From an uncultured Bacteroides sp. (GTDB taxonomy: Bacteria > Bacteroidota > Bacteroidia > Bacteroidales > GCA-2748055): a stretch of DNA of 64,000 nt. Where the stretch lies: assembly GCA_964453785.1 (NCBI GenBank), contig CAYVRK010000010.1:1117-65116 (forward strand). The letters are read 5' to 3'. The position numbers and the translations under genes were made by a program. Within the stretch, counting starts at the first letter, position 1. Each line of letters starts with the position of its first letter. Shown piece by piece: positions 54,236 through 64,000 of this stretch. The notes below the pieces were generated by a model. It saw only the letters and a program-made list of their open reading frames with translations, was not told where the DNA came from and did not search any database.

Positions 54236-55333
54236 ATGCAACAGAAAATCAAAATCGGAATATCCCATGGGGATGTCAATGGGATCAGTTACGAAGTGAT
54301 CATCAAGACCCTGATGGATACCAGGATCAGTGAAATATGTATCCCGGTAATATTCGGTTCTTCTAAGGTGGTGGGATATCACAGGAAAGCCCTTGAAATT
54401 GAAAATTTCGTGCCCATCAGTATTCATTCTCCCTCAGAAGCACTGGGGAACAAAGTTTATGTAGTGAACTGCGTGGATGATAACATCAGGGTTGAACTTG
54501 GAAAAAACACGGAAGCCGCTGGGATCTCCTCCTATGCAGCTTTGAAAGCCGCCACCGATGCACTTGAACAGGGAACCATTGATGCACTTGTAACCGGCCC
54601 GGTAAACAAACAGAATATTCAGCACGCCGAATTCCGCTACAACGGGCATACTGAATATCTTCAGGCACGTTTCAAAGCTGATGAAGTGATGATGCTGTTG
54701 GTGAGCGACCTGATGAAGGTAGGGCTTGTTACAGGTCATGTTCCCATCGCTCAACTCAGCTCCTATATTACCACCGGGCTGATTGTTGATAAGCTGAAGA
54801 TCTTAGCCAGGTCTCTGCTGGTGGATTTCGGGATCAGGAATCCGCGAATTGCGGTTCTGGGGCTTAATCCCCATGCTGGCGACAACGGATTGCTGGGCAA
54901 AGAGGAACAGGAAGTGCTCATTCCTGCAATTGAACAGGCCAGGAATATGAAAATAATGGCATTCGGACCCATGCCGGCTGACGGATTTTTCGGTGCAGGG
55001 CGCTACAAACAGTTCGATGCAATACTTGCCATGTATCATGATCAGGGGCTGGCTCCCTTCAAGGCCCTGAACATGGAGAACGGGGTGAATTTTACCGCCG
55101 GGCTTCCGGTGGTCAGGACCAGTCCTGCCCATGGAACTGCATTTGAACTGGCAGGAAAAAACGAGGCTTCTCCCACGTCATTCAGGAATGCCATTTACAT
55201 GGCCATTGATGTAGTCAGGAACAGGAAAACCTACATAGAGATCTCCAAAGATCCGCTGCCCGTGGGCAGAACACCCGACAGCGGCAAAGATGAATCGCCC
55301 GATGACCTGGAGTCATCCGAAAACAACAGTTAG
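54236..55333 (+). CDS. pdxA: 4-hydroxythreonine-4-phosphate dehydrogenase
   Basis: GDVNGISYEV, GHTEYL, LGLNPHAGDNG, MYHDQGL and VRTSPAHGTAFE motifs. Confidence 0.93.
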   Translation: MQQKIKIGISHGDVNGISYEVIIKTLMDTRISEICIPVIFGSSKVVGYHRKALEIENFVPISIHSPSEALGNKVYVVNCVDDNIRVELGKNTEAAGISSYAALKAATDALEQGTIDALVTGPVNKQNIQHAEFRYNGHTEYLQARFKADEVMMLLVSDLMKVGLVTGHVPIAQLSSYITTGLIVDKLKILARSLLVDFGIRNPRIAVLGLNPHAGDNGLLGKEEQEVLIPAIEQARNMKIMAFGPMPADGFFGAGRYKQFDAILAMYHDQGLAPFKALNMENGVNFTAGLPVVRTSPAHGTAFELAGKNEASPTSFRNAIYMAIDVVRNRKTYIEISKDPLPVGRTPDSGKDESPDDLESSENNS

Positions 55334-55334
55334 C

Positions 55335-57338
55335 ATGCAGGTGCTTGTCTTCAGGAGATGGTCTAATAAAAAATGGGCCATCCTGGCCAGTTTTCACAAG
55401 GTGATCATCATCGGTACCCTCTGCTTCAGTAACCAGATCCTTGGGCAGGAGGCGGTGGAGGGACACAAGGATACGCTCCGCTCAGGGATCATGGTGGAAC
55501 TGGAGGAGGTAGAGGCCTCCGGGGAGTGGCCCGCCGACCTGGAGGATGCTTCGCTGAAACCGGTGATCCTGGTTACATCTACCGATATCAGTTCCTCGGC
55601 AGCCACCTCACATGAGGACATGCTGGAATACCTTCCCCAGGTGGATATTCGTCAGAGGGGGAGGCACGGAATCCAGGCCGATCTCTCCATACAAGGAAGC
55701 TCTTTCGATCAGTCCATGGTTCTTCTCAACGGCATCAACATGTCCGATCCACAAACCGGTCATTTCCAGCTAAATCTGCCTCTGGATCTCTATTCCATCC
55801 ACCACATGGAGGTGATCACCGGTTCTGCAACACGCCGATTGGGGGCCAATGCCTTTGCCGGAGCAGTCAATGTGGTCACCAGGCCCGGGGATTCCACTTT
55901 TTTCAATGCAGGGTTCCGTGTGGGACAACACAAGCTTTACAATGCGAACCTGAAGGGCAACCTGGGCGGAAAATATATCTCCACCCTGGTCAGCCTCAAT
56001 ACATCGGGAAGCAACGGGTACAGGGAAAACACAGATTTTAAAACCACCCGGGCTTTCATCCACACCGCCGCCGGGAGGGGCAAACTGAAAACCCAGGTGA
56101 TGGCAGGGATGAATACCAGGGCATTCGGAGCCAACTCCTTCTATTCCCCCCTGTTTATCCAACAGTATGAAGAGACAACCACCGGTCTGGCCGCACTGAA
56201 AATGGACCTCAGTGAATCCCGCTCCCAATGGGCCCTCAATGCCTACCTGAAAGTAAACCGGGATCATTTCCTGCTGGACCGCAGTAAGCCCACTTTTTAT
56301 GTGAATGACCACCTCACTAGGGTTACAGGGACTGACCTGAGCGGAGCGTTTTCAACTGTGGCTGGTATTACCCAGACCGGTCTGCATTACAGGGGGGAAC
56401 AGATCAGCAGCACCTCCCTGGGCGAACCTTTTGATCCGGACGAGACAGTCCGCTTCAATGACACCATTACCTTTACCCACGGGCATCAGCGGAACCAGTT
56501 TAACTGGAATCTGAACCACACTTATGAAAGGGGAAGGTTTTCCCTGTCAGGCGGTTTCATGGTACACATGAATTCGGACCTGGATTACCGGCCGGGGATC
56601 TTCCCGGGAATGGATATCCGCATGCGTCTCCCGGCATCATTCAGGATCTTTTCCTCGCTGAACCAATCCATGCGCCTGCCCACCTTTACGGATCTTTATT
56701 ACCAGGGACCTTCCAACGTTGGAAATCCTGCACTGACCCCGGAGAAAGCAAGCACCCTCGAATGGGGGATCTACAGGGATAACAGGGGATTGCGAATGGG
56801 TATCAATGGCTTCTACAGGCAGGGAAAGAATCTGATTGACTGGATCTGGATGGAGGATGAAAAATGGCATACCATGAACCTGACCCGGGTGGATGCCATG
56901 GGCGGTGACATCCTTTTTCACTACAGGCGCCCGGAGCAAAGCGACGATTTATTCTCTTTGGAAACCGCGGAATTTTCCTATTCTTTTACCCATTTAACCA
57001 GGGTCTCCGGCCATGCTGTTTCATTGTACCTACTGGATAACCTGAGGCACAAGGTGGTTCTGGGAACAGGATTACGGATTACCGGGAACCTTCTGATCAG
57101 TCTGAAAGTCTCGGGACAGGACAGGAACGGAACCTTCCTTACTTATGACACAGAGACAGGTCAATCCGTCGAAAAGCCTTTCGAACCCTTCATCCTGATG
57201 GATCTAAAACTGGACTACGGAATGGGGCGCTTCCATATTTTCCTTGAAGCTACCAACCTGCTGGATGCAGCGTACAACGACATTGGAAATGTAATTCAAC
57301 CGGGAAGATGGTTCCTCACAGGTGTTGAAATTCGCTGA
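55335..57338 (+). CDS. TonB-dependent receptor (BtuB-like small-substrate class)
   Basis: Plug motifs VDIRQRGRHGIQADLSIQGSSFDQSMVLLNGINMSDPQTGH and GANAFAGAVNVVTRPG. A beta-barrel with the terminal LTGVEIR. The ATG at 55335 directly follows the pdxA stop. Confidence 0.88.
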   Translation: MQVLVFRRWSNKKWAILASFHKVIIIGTLCFSNQILGQEAVEGHKDTLRSGIMVELEEVEASGEWPADLEDASLKPVILVTSTDISSSAATSHEDMLEYLPQVDIRQRGRHGIQADLSIQGSSFDQSMVLLNGINMSDPQTGHFQLNLPLDLYSIHHMEVITGSATRRLGANAFAGAVNVVTRPGDSTFFNAGFRVGQHKLYNANLKGNLGGKYISTLVSLNTSGSNGYRENTDFKTTRAFIHTAAGRGKLKTQVMAGMNTRAFGANSFYSPLFIQQYEETTTGLAALKMDLSESRSQWALNAYLKVNRDHFLLDRSKPTFYVNDHLTRVTGTDLSGAFSTVAGITQTGLHYRGEQISSTSLGEPFDPDETVRFNDTITFTHGHQRNQFNWNLNHTYERGRFSLSGGFMVHMNSDLDYRPGIFPGMDIRMRLPASFRIFSSLNQSMRLPTFTDLYYQGPSNVGNPALTPEKASTLEWGIYRDNRGLRMGINGFYRQGKNLIDWIWMEDEKWHTMNLTRVDAMGGDILFHYRRPEQSDDLFSLETAEFSYSFTHLTRVSGHAVSLYLLDNLRHKVVLGTGLRITGNLLISLKVSGQDRNGTFLTYDTETGQSVEKPFEPFILMDLKLDYGMGRFHIFLEATNLLDAAYNDIGNVIQPGRWFLTGVEIR

Positions 57339-57347
57339 TCCCGGATC

Positions 57348-58082
57348 CTACAAGACCTCCTGGTACTGTTTGTATACAAACTGAAACAACTGGTCTTCCA
57401 GCGGAATGCAGAACATGATAAATCCTGTCTCCTCAAAAACCGGGAAAAAGACATATCCGCTGACCACCTTTCCGGGGGGAATCTCTCCCGGTCTCAGGAT
57501 CTCAGCACTGACCACCTCCTTTTCATTGAAGATCTGATCAAGATCATTTCCGATCTTCCTGTCCTGACTTACATAATGACCGGCTGTTCCAACCGTATTG
57601 AATACCCCATCTACGATGGTTCCCGGATTTTCAGTGGCCAGAAAGGAGGAAGCACTGGCAAGGATCCCAATGCCTGTTTCAATAAATCCGAAAATAGAGT
57701 TGATGCTCTTAACCGTGGAGCATGTTTCCATGGCCTGATCATAGTGCTGAAGGATCCTTTCAGGATGAACCGCTTTAAATGGCGGGAGCAGGGATGAATC
57801 CGCATCGGCACTTTCCAGAAGGAGGTAATGAAAACCTGAGGGATCCAGGAATAGCGAATCGCCGGTGTCATTGAACACCACCACGTCAAAAACCATAAAC
57901 CCCTCAAAAAAACCGTCAAACCCAAGTTCTACCCTGACATGGTCATTTTCAAGAGCGATGTATTCACGACCCATTTCAAAATGCCCCTCAGGAGCTTCCG
58001 GAGTCAGCCTTGTGACGGGCTGGGAAAGGACACTGAGAGCCATTCCCGGCCAGAAGATCAGAATCGCGAATAATTTTTTCAT
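57348..58082 (-). CDS. Hypothetical secreted protein
   Basis: Signal peptide MKKLFAILIFWPGMALSVLSQ from the ATG at 58082. I recognise no family. Confidence 0.5.
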   Translation of the reverse strand: MKKLFAILIFWPGMALSVLSQPVTRLTPEAPEGHFEMGREYIALENDHVRVELGFDGFFEGFMVFDVVVFNDTGDSLFLDPSGFHYLLLESADADSSLLPPFKAVHPERILQHYDQAMETCSTVKSINSIFGFIETGIGILASASSFLATENPGTIVDGVFNTVGTAGHYVSQDRKIGNDLDQIFNEKEVVSAEILRPGEIPPGKVVSGYVFFPVFEETGFIMFCIPLEDQLFQFVYKQYQEVL

Positions 58083-58131
58083 GCGGCGGGGTTCTGCCCT
58101 AACCAACACAAAAACCCTGCCGAAAAAACGG

Positions 58132-58509
58132 TCAGCCGATCAGTTTACCGTACTCCTCAGCTGATAACAGGTCATCCAACTGGGCGGGATCAGACATTTT
58201 GATCCGGACCATCCAGCCCTCAACAAACGGATCAGAGTTGATCAGTTCAGGATTATCTTCCAGGGCCGCATTTACCACAAGTACCTCACCGTCCACAGGC
58301 ATGTAAATGTCCGAAACGGTTTTGACAGCCTCAATGGTTCCGAAAGTATCACCTTTGGCAAGGGTCTCTCCTTCTGTTTCAATCTCCAGAAATACCACAT
58401 CTCCCAGCTCGCTCTGGGCAAAATCGGTCACTCCCACAACAATTTCATCACCTTCAATCCGGACCCATTCGTGTTCGCTGGTGTACTTCAAATCATTTGG
58501 AACGTTCAT
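58132..58509 (-). CDS. gcvH: Glycine cleavage system protein H
   Basis: 125 aa. YTSEHEWVR, GVTDFAQ and the lipoyl-lysine motif IEAVKTVSDIYMPVDGEV. Confidence 0.95.
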   Translation of the reverse strand: MNVPNDLKYTSEHEWVRIEGDEIVVGVTDFAQSELGDVVFLEIETEGETLAKGDTFGTIEAVKTVSDIYMPVDGEVLVVNAALEDNPELINSDPFVEGWMVRIKMSDPAQLDDLLSAEEYGKLIG

Positions 58510-58518
58510 AATTTAAAT

Positions 58519-58650
58519 GTTAGTTTGCTCACTTCGTGAGCGTTAGCATGTTTGCTTCGCAAACGTTAGTGTGTTAGTGTGTTATTAAGATATCCAATAA
58601 CACAAACCCTTAATAACACAACCCCTCAATAACATAATAACACACCAACT
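58519..58650. repeat. Dense short-repeat array in the sprA-gcvH spacer: GTTAG units at 23-nt spacing flanking two 6-bp TTC-loop mini-hairpins, then one TGTGTTATT and four inverted AATAACA(CA) copies
   Basis: Plus strand reads GTTAG-TTT-GCTCAC-TTC-GTGAGC-GTTAG-CAT-GTTTGC-TTC-GCAAAC-GTTAG-TGT-GTTAG-TGTGTTATT-AAGATATCC-AATAACACA-(6)-AATAACACA-(7)-AATAACA-T-AATAACACA. Confidence 0.7.
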
Positions 58651-58711
58651 CATCTATCCAAATGTAACAATTCCCGGATACATTTCAGCCTGTTTTAGAT
58701 CATAATTCACT

Positions 58712-61700
58712 TTATAAAGTGAAAGTCAAACTGAAGCCTACGTTGTAGTTCGCATTTGGATAACTGTTTGATATATAGGGCGTAGTAAGCCGCTGGTCAT
58801 AGAATGCACGGATGGTGAACTTATCACTCAACATGTAGTCAGCCGCCGCCTTCAGACTGAAAATCCGCTGTCCTGCAGTGATCTCGCTGCCCGACAGGTC
58901 CTCCAGCTTACGAATCACCGTGCGGTTGTTGCGCATGGAAAAATCGAGTCTGATGTTCAGGTCACTGCTAAAAGACTTCTGGTTGATTGAAATGGGCACC
59001 TCATTGAAACGGAAACCTGCCCCAATAATGAACTCCCCACTGTTCACTTCATTCACCTGGGTGTTGGCCATGTTCATGGCCACGGTCCTAGATCGCCGGT
59101 ACTCGATCCGCGTGGTCAGGCTGTTTTTCCAGTCCATGTTCAGGTCGATCAGCGGACTGAAATTCTCATTGATGCTCACCGTATTGATGTTTTGTTCCAC
59201 CATGAAATTCCCCTGCAGGTCCTTGGCAATGGGGACTCCGTTGATGGTATCATAGGTAAAGAAAGGGTTGTTAATGAAAGAACCCACGCTGTAGGTAGAG
59301 CGGTAGGAGTGGTTCATCACGATTGAATTCGCGATCTGCTGGAGTGCCGGGATCCTGCCCAAACCGTCAAACCTGACCTGCCAGTTGGGCATGATCTCCA
59401 GGAGGGATCTCACCGCTTTCAGTGAGATCCGGTCCACATCCTGATTCCCATAGGCTGCCAGGAAAGCCGGGATGAGTACCTCCTGGGAGGTGGGCCCATA
59501 CCCCTGCACATAACGGGCATCGGAGGAATCGGGAGGAAGGACAATTCCTGTTTTCTCTGTGTATTCGTCTCCCAGCCTTTGTGAAATATTGATCCGGTAC
59601 TCCTCTTTCAGTTTCAGAAATGTTTTAGAGGATTCAACCTTGTCGTCAATCTTTTCAAAAGAGGTTCCGAAGGAGATGTAGGACATGCTGAAATTACCAC
59701 TGTAAACCCTTCCCCGGGCTGTATCAGCCGGAAGCTCACCGTTCACGGCAGTATAATATTCAGACAGGTTGGAGCTGTACATCCGGTTGGCCGTCAGGTC
59801 GATTTTCAGTCCGTTAAATGGTTCAATATCGGCCCGGGCAGTAAACCGCTCTGTATTGTTCATGTTGAAAGGCTGGTTCAGGGCTTCATCCAGGGTAAGG
59901 ATGTGCCGGCCGAAAGCATCCTTTGCATAATCGGGATTCTGCCAGCCGGATACAAATCCCCATCCCGGTTCAAGATTCCCCCCGTAACCTGTCATTCCAA
60001 AATAGCCCGTACCCAGATTATATCCGGGCAGGAAAGTACCCCCGCTCTTTGAATAGGTGACATTGACCGTCCGCAGGCCCATCAAGATTCGCAGGCTTGT
60101 CTCAGCAACCAGGATCAGGGGATTTTCACCTTTTTGGATGGACCCGGTGACCTGAATGGTAGCGCTTCGAACCGCCTTATCCGAAATAATGCTGATCCGG
60201 GTATCACTGAGGATCTCGGTGGTAACCTCCACAGGCTGGTTGTTTTCATCAAGCACCTCCACGCTGATCTGTTCGGTCCTCAGGTTATGGGTCACATACC
60301 GGGGCTTCCCTTCACGAAGGTAGAGGTTCTCCTTGCTGTATACTTTTGTTTTGGTCCGGGACTCCGCCTCTTTCTGTCTGCTTTTGGCGCTGCGGTATTT
60401 GTTGTTGATCTCCTTCAGGTAATTCACTTTGTTGTAAAGGTTCACCATGTTCAGCTGACCGTTGAGCTGAATGGTATTGGAGTTCTTAATGGAGTTCCCC
60501 AGGTTGATGGAACCGTATTCAGGATCATCCGGAATAATGGGTCCCACAGTCCATCCATAGGTTCCGCCGTACCTCGCATTGGCACTGGTCCAGTCCAGCA
60601 GCGGTATCTTATTGATGGGGATGGTATAGGAAACATTGAATGACTGGATATAACTGGTGACGCGTCCTCCGGCCTTGATGCTTCTCCAGAGTGAATCCCT
60701 GTAAATCTCATAGCTATCCATATCCCGGTTCCACCGCCCGTCAGGCTCATCAATCCGGGCCATGTTGGTGTTTGAAAAATCAAATTTCAGGCTACGGGTA
60801 GGATCATATTTCAGATCAAAATAACGGTTCCACATAAAATCCTTCTTGAAGGTGGGAGCTACAATGAATCCGGGGTTGTTGATATTCCGCACCTGCTTCT
60901 CCAGGTAATACCGGTCCATATCGGTCCGGTAAGAGATTCTCGAAGGAGTGTAGTTGAAATTGAAGTCCTTGACAAGTCTCAGCCAGTCAGAATTCATCCA
61001 TTTAACCGTTTTAAAGGGCTGTACATTTTTTGGCCTTATGTTATAATTGTAGCTCAGGTTCCCCCTGACCTTCCTGGTGTTATAAAAATCCAGATTGGGA
61101 TTCCGGCTCGACATTTCGTTGAGCGAGAAGCTTGCAGAAAAGTTGGAAAGGCTGAAGATCCTCTTCTTCGTCCCTGTCTTGTTCATCCTGATGTTGGTTA
61201 CCGCAAAAGATTTTCGCTCTACCAGGTCCCGTGCATTCCGGATGATGGAATCCCTTTCAACCTTGGTCTCTGCCTCATCAATGGCCTCTTTCAGGGGAAT
61301 ATCAGGATCCAGCGGATTGTATTCGGGATTCACAATAGCCTTTGAGTAACTTGCAAATACAGGAATGTTCACCCCGCTCTCCTGTTTAAAGAATTTACCC
61401 ATCTGCAGATTGGTGGACAGGTCATACTGGATAATCTGTTCACGTTGCCTTTCATTCACTTTCTGTTCGATGCTCCCGAATCCGGGCTGACTGGTATTCC
61501 CGGCCAGGGTGACATTTCCGAAATCGGCCAGTTTTAGTGTGGCCCTGCCGGTAGCAGCCCAGCCTCCGCTTTCATTGAAATCGGTCAGGCGCAATTCGTT
61601 GAGCCAGATCTCCCCCGATTTGGGTAGTCCGTCGTCGGGGCCAAAGGGATTGTTGCCTGCTTTGGGGTTCCGTACCCCAATCATGATAGTCCGAATACTG

Positions 61701-64000
61701 CTCAGGTTCGGGTTCCCCGACACAGAAATACGGTTTCCGTTTCGATCTTTCACCGAGTAGACCGAGGTAATGGCCACCTCTCTCTCCGGGTCGGCCATGG
61801 CACGGTTTCTTTCCTGCTTAACCTCCGTGAATTGATCCAGATCGATCACAAATTTATTATCTGCCGGCCATACCAGCAATCTGTCACTTTCATTGTCATT
61901 GGCATACCTTCCGGGGGCAGTAAGCTTCAGGGGAACTTCATATTCATAGTAGTTGCCCTGGTAATCGGAACCAAGTCTGATAAAAGCCACCAGTTCGTTA
62001 TCTTCAAGTTGGGTCCCAGGAATGGCTTCCCCGTGTGCTTCCATCCTGAGCTTCCTGTACTGCCGCATGTCCAACTCCGTATTCTTGTAGGCAGCCCTGG
62101 CATCACCATCAGCCAGTTCATTAACTTTCAGTACGATAGATTGTTCATTCAGCTGTCTCAACTGGGGCTGAGTGGGATCGATCTGGCGGCTGAATCCTGG
62201 CGGCAATACATAGTTCACAGGGGTCTTTCCTGCATTTTCTTCAATGTTCACTGCCGAAATGGCGAGGTTTCCCTCGGGAGGTTCCGATCCCGTCCAGTCC
62301 TCTCCTCCCTGAGTAAAGGGAAGTACATACCGGCGCCATTCGCCCCGGACCAGGTCCAGTTTGGCAAACCGCAGGAAAGTGGTATCCTGGAAACCGGTCA
62401 GGAACATCCGCATAAACCGGATGGTTTTGAAATCGGATATATCACCCACGGTTCCTTCATAGTTAAAGACAGGGATCCTGAACTGGTACCAGGTCACGTC
62501 GGCTTTCTCTCCATTTTTATAGACCACCCGGTCGACCACCTTATCCACGATGTTGTTTCGACCTACCTCAAGCGAATTCTTATCCACATCAACCCGGTAG
62601 TAAAAATAGCTCTCCCCTTCACTGAGTGTATTGTCCCTGTTGATATCCTCAATATCGGGAAGTGAAGTCCCCGAGGTAGGATAGGATTCGGGATTGTCCA
62701 GGTCGCTGGGAGAATTGCCTTCGTGGTTGTTGTACTCCTTGTAACGGCTCAGGATATCCAGCTCCTGGGTATCATGATATGAACTCCGGTAGTAGCTGTA
62801 ATCATCCGATGAAGGATCCTCGAAAATTTTATCACGGGCCTGGGTGGAAAGATTTCCGGAATTATACAGGGCTTCGATCTGATTCAGATAATCCCCCGGC
62901 TTTTGAGAGAAGAAGGCCACCTCCTCATCACCATAGACCGAAGAGAGCCCGTCCAGACCGACATCCTGGTATTTCCTGGTTTCATCCCCGGCACTGAAGC
63001 CCTGAACCAGCGACTGGGTAAGGGGAATCCGGCCCCAAACGGTTGTATCCACCTTATCAATCACATCGGAAGTTGGCAATCCGTTCTCAAAGGTCTTACG
63101 TGAGTCTTTCAGCACATCTTCGGAAACATTCCCCAGGTTAAAATAGAGTTGTCCGCCCTCGTGATTGGGCATCTCCGCAAAGGGATCCATCATCCAGAAT
63201 TCGATGAATTCAACATTGGCCTGCTCAAAGTCACTGGAATAGATTTCCCGCATGATCCCTCCCCAGCGCTTCTCGGGGTTTAATAGTCTCCCATTATTGT
63301 CGATCTGCTCATAATCATAGTTATAGGGGCCCCTTTCATCGGGATAGTAAGCCAGGTTGAGGACCGATATCCTTGTGGGGATCCCGTTGGGATTCTCTTT
63401 GTTGGGGAAGATGTCCTGCTCATAGACCTCATATACATAGGCGTTGGATTGCAGGTCCGGATTGTCCTTGATGTAATCGGGGGTCCTGGATTCATTGTTC
63501 AGGAACAGTGGATCAATGTGATACCAGGCCAGTTTGGCGCGGTTATACCCGTACCTGAGGTTGTTGTTCAGATCTGCCTCGGGGAAGAAGCCCTTGGGGG
63601 TACTGGCCAGTTTCCAGGAGGAAAACTGTTTCAGGTCGATGGATGTTTCACTCCCCTCAAAGTCATCAATGTAAGCATTTCCCTCTATGGCCTTGGAATG
63701 ACCGGGAACCAGCTGGGCAAATTCACCCACCACCGAAAATTCGGATGGAGCCTTGGTCTCCAGGAATGGCAGCTTATCCACAATGGTGGTGATCAGCTGT
63801 GACTCAGTGCTGTAGCTTCCGTTCAATCCCCATATGGTATTGGAAATGGGCTCATCCCCTATGTTTACCTTCTGGGTAAGGGGACGCTCGGTAAGGTGCA
63901 TGGCTGTGGCCCCCAGGTTGAATTTATCAGACACCCGGTAATCCAGGTGTGTCCCCACCAGGGTTTTGGTCTGGAAGTTAAAGAGCGACTGGTTTTCCAG
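58712..64000 (-). CDS. sprA: T9SS translocon SprA, 5'-partial (N-terminus lies beyond the right edge)
   Basis: More than 1760 aa of open frame. The frame stays open upstream of the track's GTG at 63958, through to base 64000. It is a giant beta-rich outer-membrane protein ending in ...NYNVGFSLTFTL. Size and composition match SprA, and two T9SS CTD cargo genes lie in the same window. Confidence 0.88.
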   Translation of the reverse strand: MENQSLFNFQTKTLVGTHLDYRVSDKFNLGATAMHLTERPLTQKVNIGDEPISNTIWGLNGSYSTESQLITTIVDKLPFLETKAPSEFSVVGEFAQLVPGHSKAIEGNAYIDDFEGSETSIDLKQFSSWKLASTPKGFFPEADLNNNLRYGYNRAKLAWYHIDPLFLNNESRTPDYIKDNPDLQSNAYVYEVYEQDIFPNKENPNGIPTRISVLNLAYYPDERGPYNYDYEQIDNNGRLLNPEKRWGGIMREIYSSDFEQANVEFIEFWMMDPFAEMPNHEGGQLYFNLGNVSEDVLKDSRKTFENGLPTSDVIDKVDTTVWGRIPLTQSLVQGFSAGDETRKYQDVGLDGLSSVYGDEEVAFFSQKPGDYLNQIEALYNSGNLSTQARDKIFEDPSSDDYSYYRSSYHDTQELDILSRYKEYNNHEGNSPSDLDNPESYPTSGTSLPDIEDINRDNTLSEGESYFYYRVDVDKNSLEVGRNNIVDKVVDRVVYKNGEKADVTWYQFRIPVFNYEGTVGDISDFKTIRFMRMFLTGFQDTTFLRFAKLDLVRGEWRRYVLPFTQGGEDWTGSEPPEGNLAISAVNIEENAGKTPVNYVLPPGFSRQIDPTQPQLRQLNEQSIVLKVNELADGDARAAYKNTELDMRQYRKLRMEAHGEAIPGTQLEDNELVAFIRLGSDYQGNYYEYEVPLKLTAPGRYANDNESDRLLVWPADNKFVIDLDQFTEVKQERNRAMADPEREVAITSVYSVKDRNGNRISVSGNPNLSSIRTIMIGVRNPKAGNNPFGPDDGLPKSGEIWLNELRLTDFNESGGWAATGRATLKLADFGNVTLAGNTSQPGFGSIEQKVNERQREQIIQYDLSTNLQMGKFFKQESGVNIPVFASYSKAIVNPEYNPLDPDIPLKEAIDEAETKVERDSIIRNARDLVERKSFAVTNIRMNKTGTKKRIFSLSNFSASFSLNEMSSRNPNLDFYNTRKVRGNLSYNYNIRPKNVQPFKTVKWMNSDWLRLVKDFNFNYTPSRISYRTDMDRYYLEKQVRNINNPGFIVAPTFKKDFMWNRYFDLKYDPTRSLKFDFSNTNMARIDEPDGRWNRDMDSYEIYRDSLWRSIKAGGRVTSYIQSFNVSYTIPINKIPLLDWTSANARYGGTYGWTVGPIIPDDPEYGSINLGNSIKNSNTIQLNGQLNMVNLYNKVNYLKEINNKYRSAKSRQKEAESRTKTKVYSKENLYLREGKPRYVTHNLRTEQISVEVLDENNQPVEVTTEILSDTRISIISDKAVRSATIQVTGSIQKGENPLILVAETSLRILMGLRTVNVTYSKSGGTFLPGYNLGTGYFGMTGYGGNLEPGWGFVSGWQNPDYAKDAFGRHILTLDEALNQPFNMNNTERFTARADIEPFNGLKIDLTANRMYSSNLSEYYTAVNGELPADTARGRVYSGNFSMSYISFGTSFEKIDDKVESSKTFLKLKEEYRINISQRLGDEYTEKTGIVLPPDSSDARYVQGYGPTSQEVLIPAFLAAYGNQDVDRISLKAVRSLLEIMPNWQVRFDGLGRIPALQQIANSIVMNHSYRSTYSVGSFINNPFFTYDTINGVPIAKDLQGNFMVEQNINTVSINENFSPLIDLNMDWKNSLTTRIEYRRSRTVAMNMANTQVNEVNSGEFIIGAGFRFNEVPISINQKSFSSDLNIRLDFSMRNNRTVIRKLEDLSGSEITAGQRIFSLKAAADYMLSDKFTIRAFYDQRLTTPYISNSYPNANYNVGFSLTFTL

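Noticed and set aside
58510-58711. A glycine riboswitch upstream of gcvH
   Set aside because: I could not find the conserved glycine-aptamer core features. The region is instead built of short AT-rich direct and inverted repeats. It is kept as an unexplained-structure finding rather than a riboswitch call.
1-64000. Apparent compositional shift: spot-checked 60-nt lines in the first ~20 kb range from about 35% to 53% GC, while the few lines checked beyond ~30 kb sit near 50% GC. This could hint at a horizontally acquired PUL.
   Set aside because: It rests on hand counts of a few lines only. No integrase, tRNA or direct-repeat boundary is visible. A sliding-window GC and codon-usage calculation is needed before any claim.
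1-64000. A search for CRISPR arrays, tRNA/rRNA genes, transposases, integrases, and phage or classical defence genes
   Set aside because: None were recognised. All spacers are under ~265 bp and the only repeat arrays are the Kelch coding repeats and the sprA-gcvH spacer.

Overview
This is a compact, almost fully coding chromosomal segment of a Bacteroidota-type genome, assigned on SusC/SusD pairs, hybrid two-component regulators with AraC output, T9SS C-terminal sorting domains and SprA. I found no rRNA, tRNA, CRISPR array, transposase or integrase.

Gene content, left to right:
- 1-16.6 kb: a polysaccharide utilisation locus. It holds a partial six-hairpin-like protein, a LamG lipoprotein, SusD, SusC, an unassigned 573-aa lipoprotein, an MFS transporter, GH130 and a divergent HTCS regulator.
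- 16.6-18.6 kb: a Tat-exported Gfo/Idh/MocA oxidoreductase plus a DUF1080 protein.
- 18.9-22.5 kb: a hybrid kinase/AraC regulator without a periplasmic sensor, next to a Kelch-repeat T9SS cargo.
- 22.5-27.9 kb: a small membrane protein, GH10, an HtrA operon and a PfkB kinase.
- 28-31.3 kb: a polytopic membrane protein paired with a CXXCH beta-propeller lipoprotein.
- 31.3-34 kb: a small redox cluster that includes an apparently internally deleted sulfite-oxidase-family ORF.
- 34-40.2 kb: an LTD-cohesin-dockerin T9SS cargo, GH2, a small PLDc_N-type membrane protein and a Tat-exported aldo/keto reductase.
- 40.2-46.4 kb: a SiaA/SiaB/SiaC-like PP2C/kinase/DUF1987 partner switch with no diguanylate cyclase. 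It is divergently joined to an ABCG-type transporter that carries TerB-like and FHA-like N-terminal modules.
- 46.5-50.8 kb: an ABC-2 exporter, superoxide reductase, a radical SAM enzyme and an NTF2-like lipoprotein.
- 50.8-64 kb: a 7TMR-DISM kinase, pepA, pdxA, a TonB-dependent receptor, a hypothetical secreted protein, gcvH and 3'-proximal sprA.

The candidates I rate most worth follow-up are the orphan Sia-like switch with its neighbouring transporter, the membrane/heme-propeller gene pair, the cohesin+dockerin T9SS protein, and the repeat-rich sprA-gcvH spacer. All family calls rest on motif recognition by eye and need HMM or structure confirmation.
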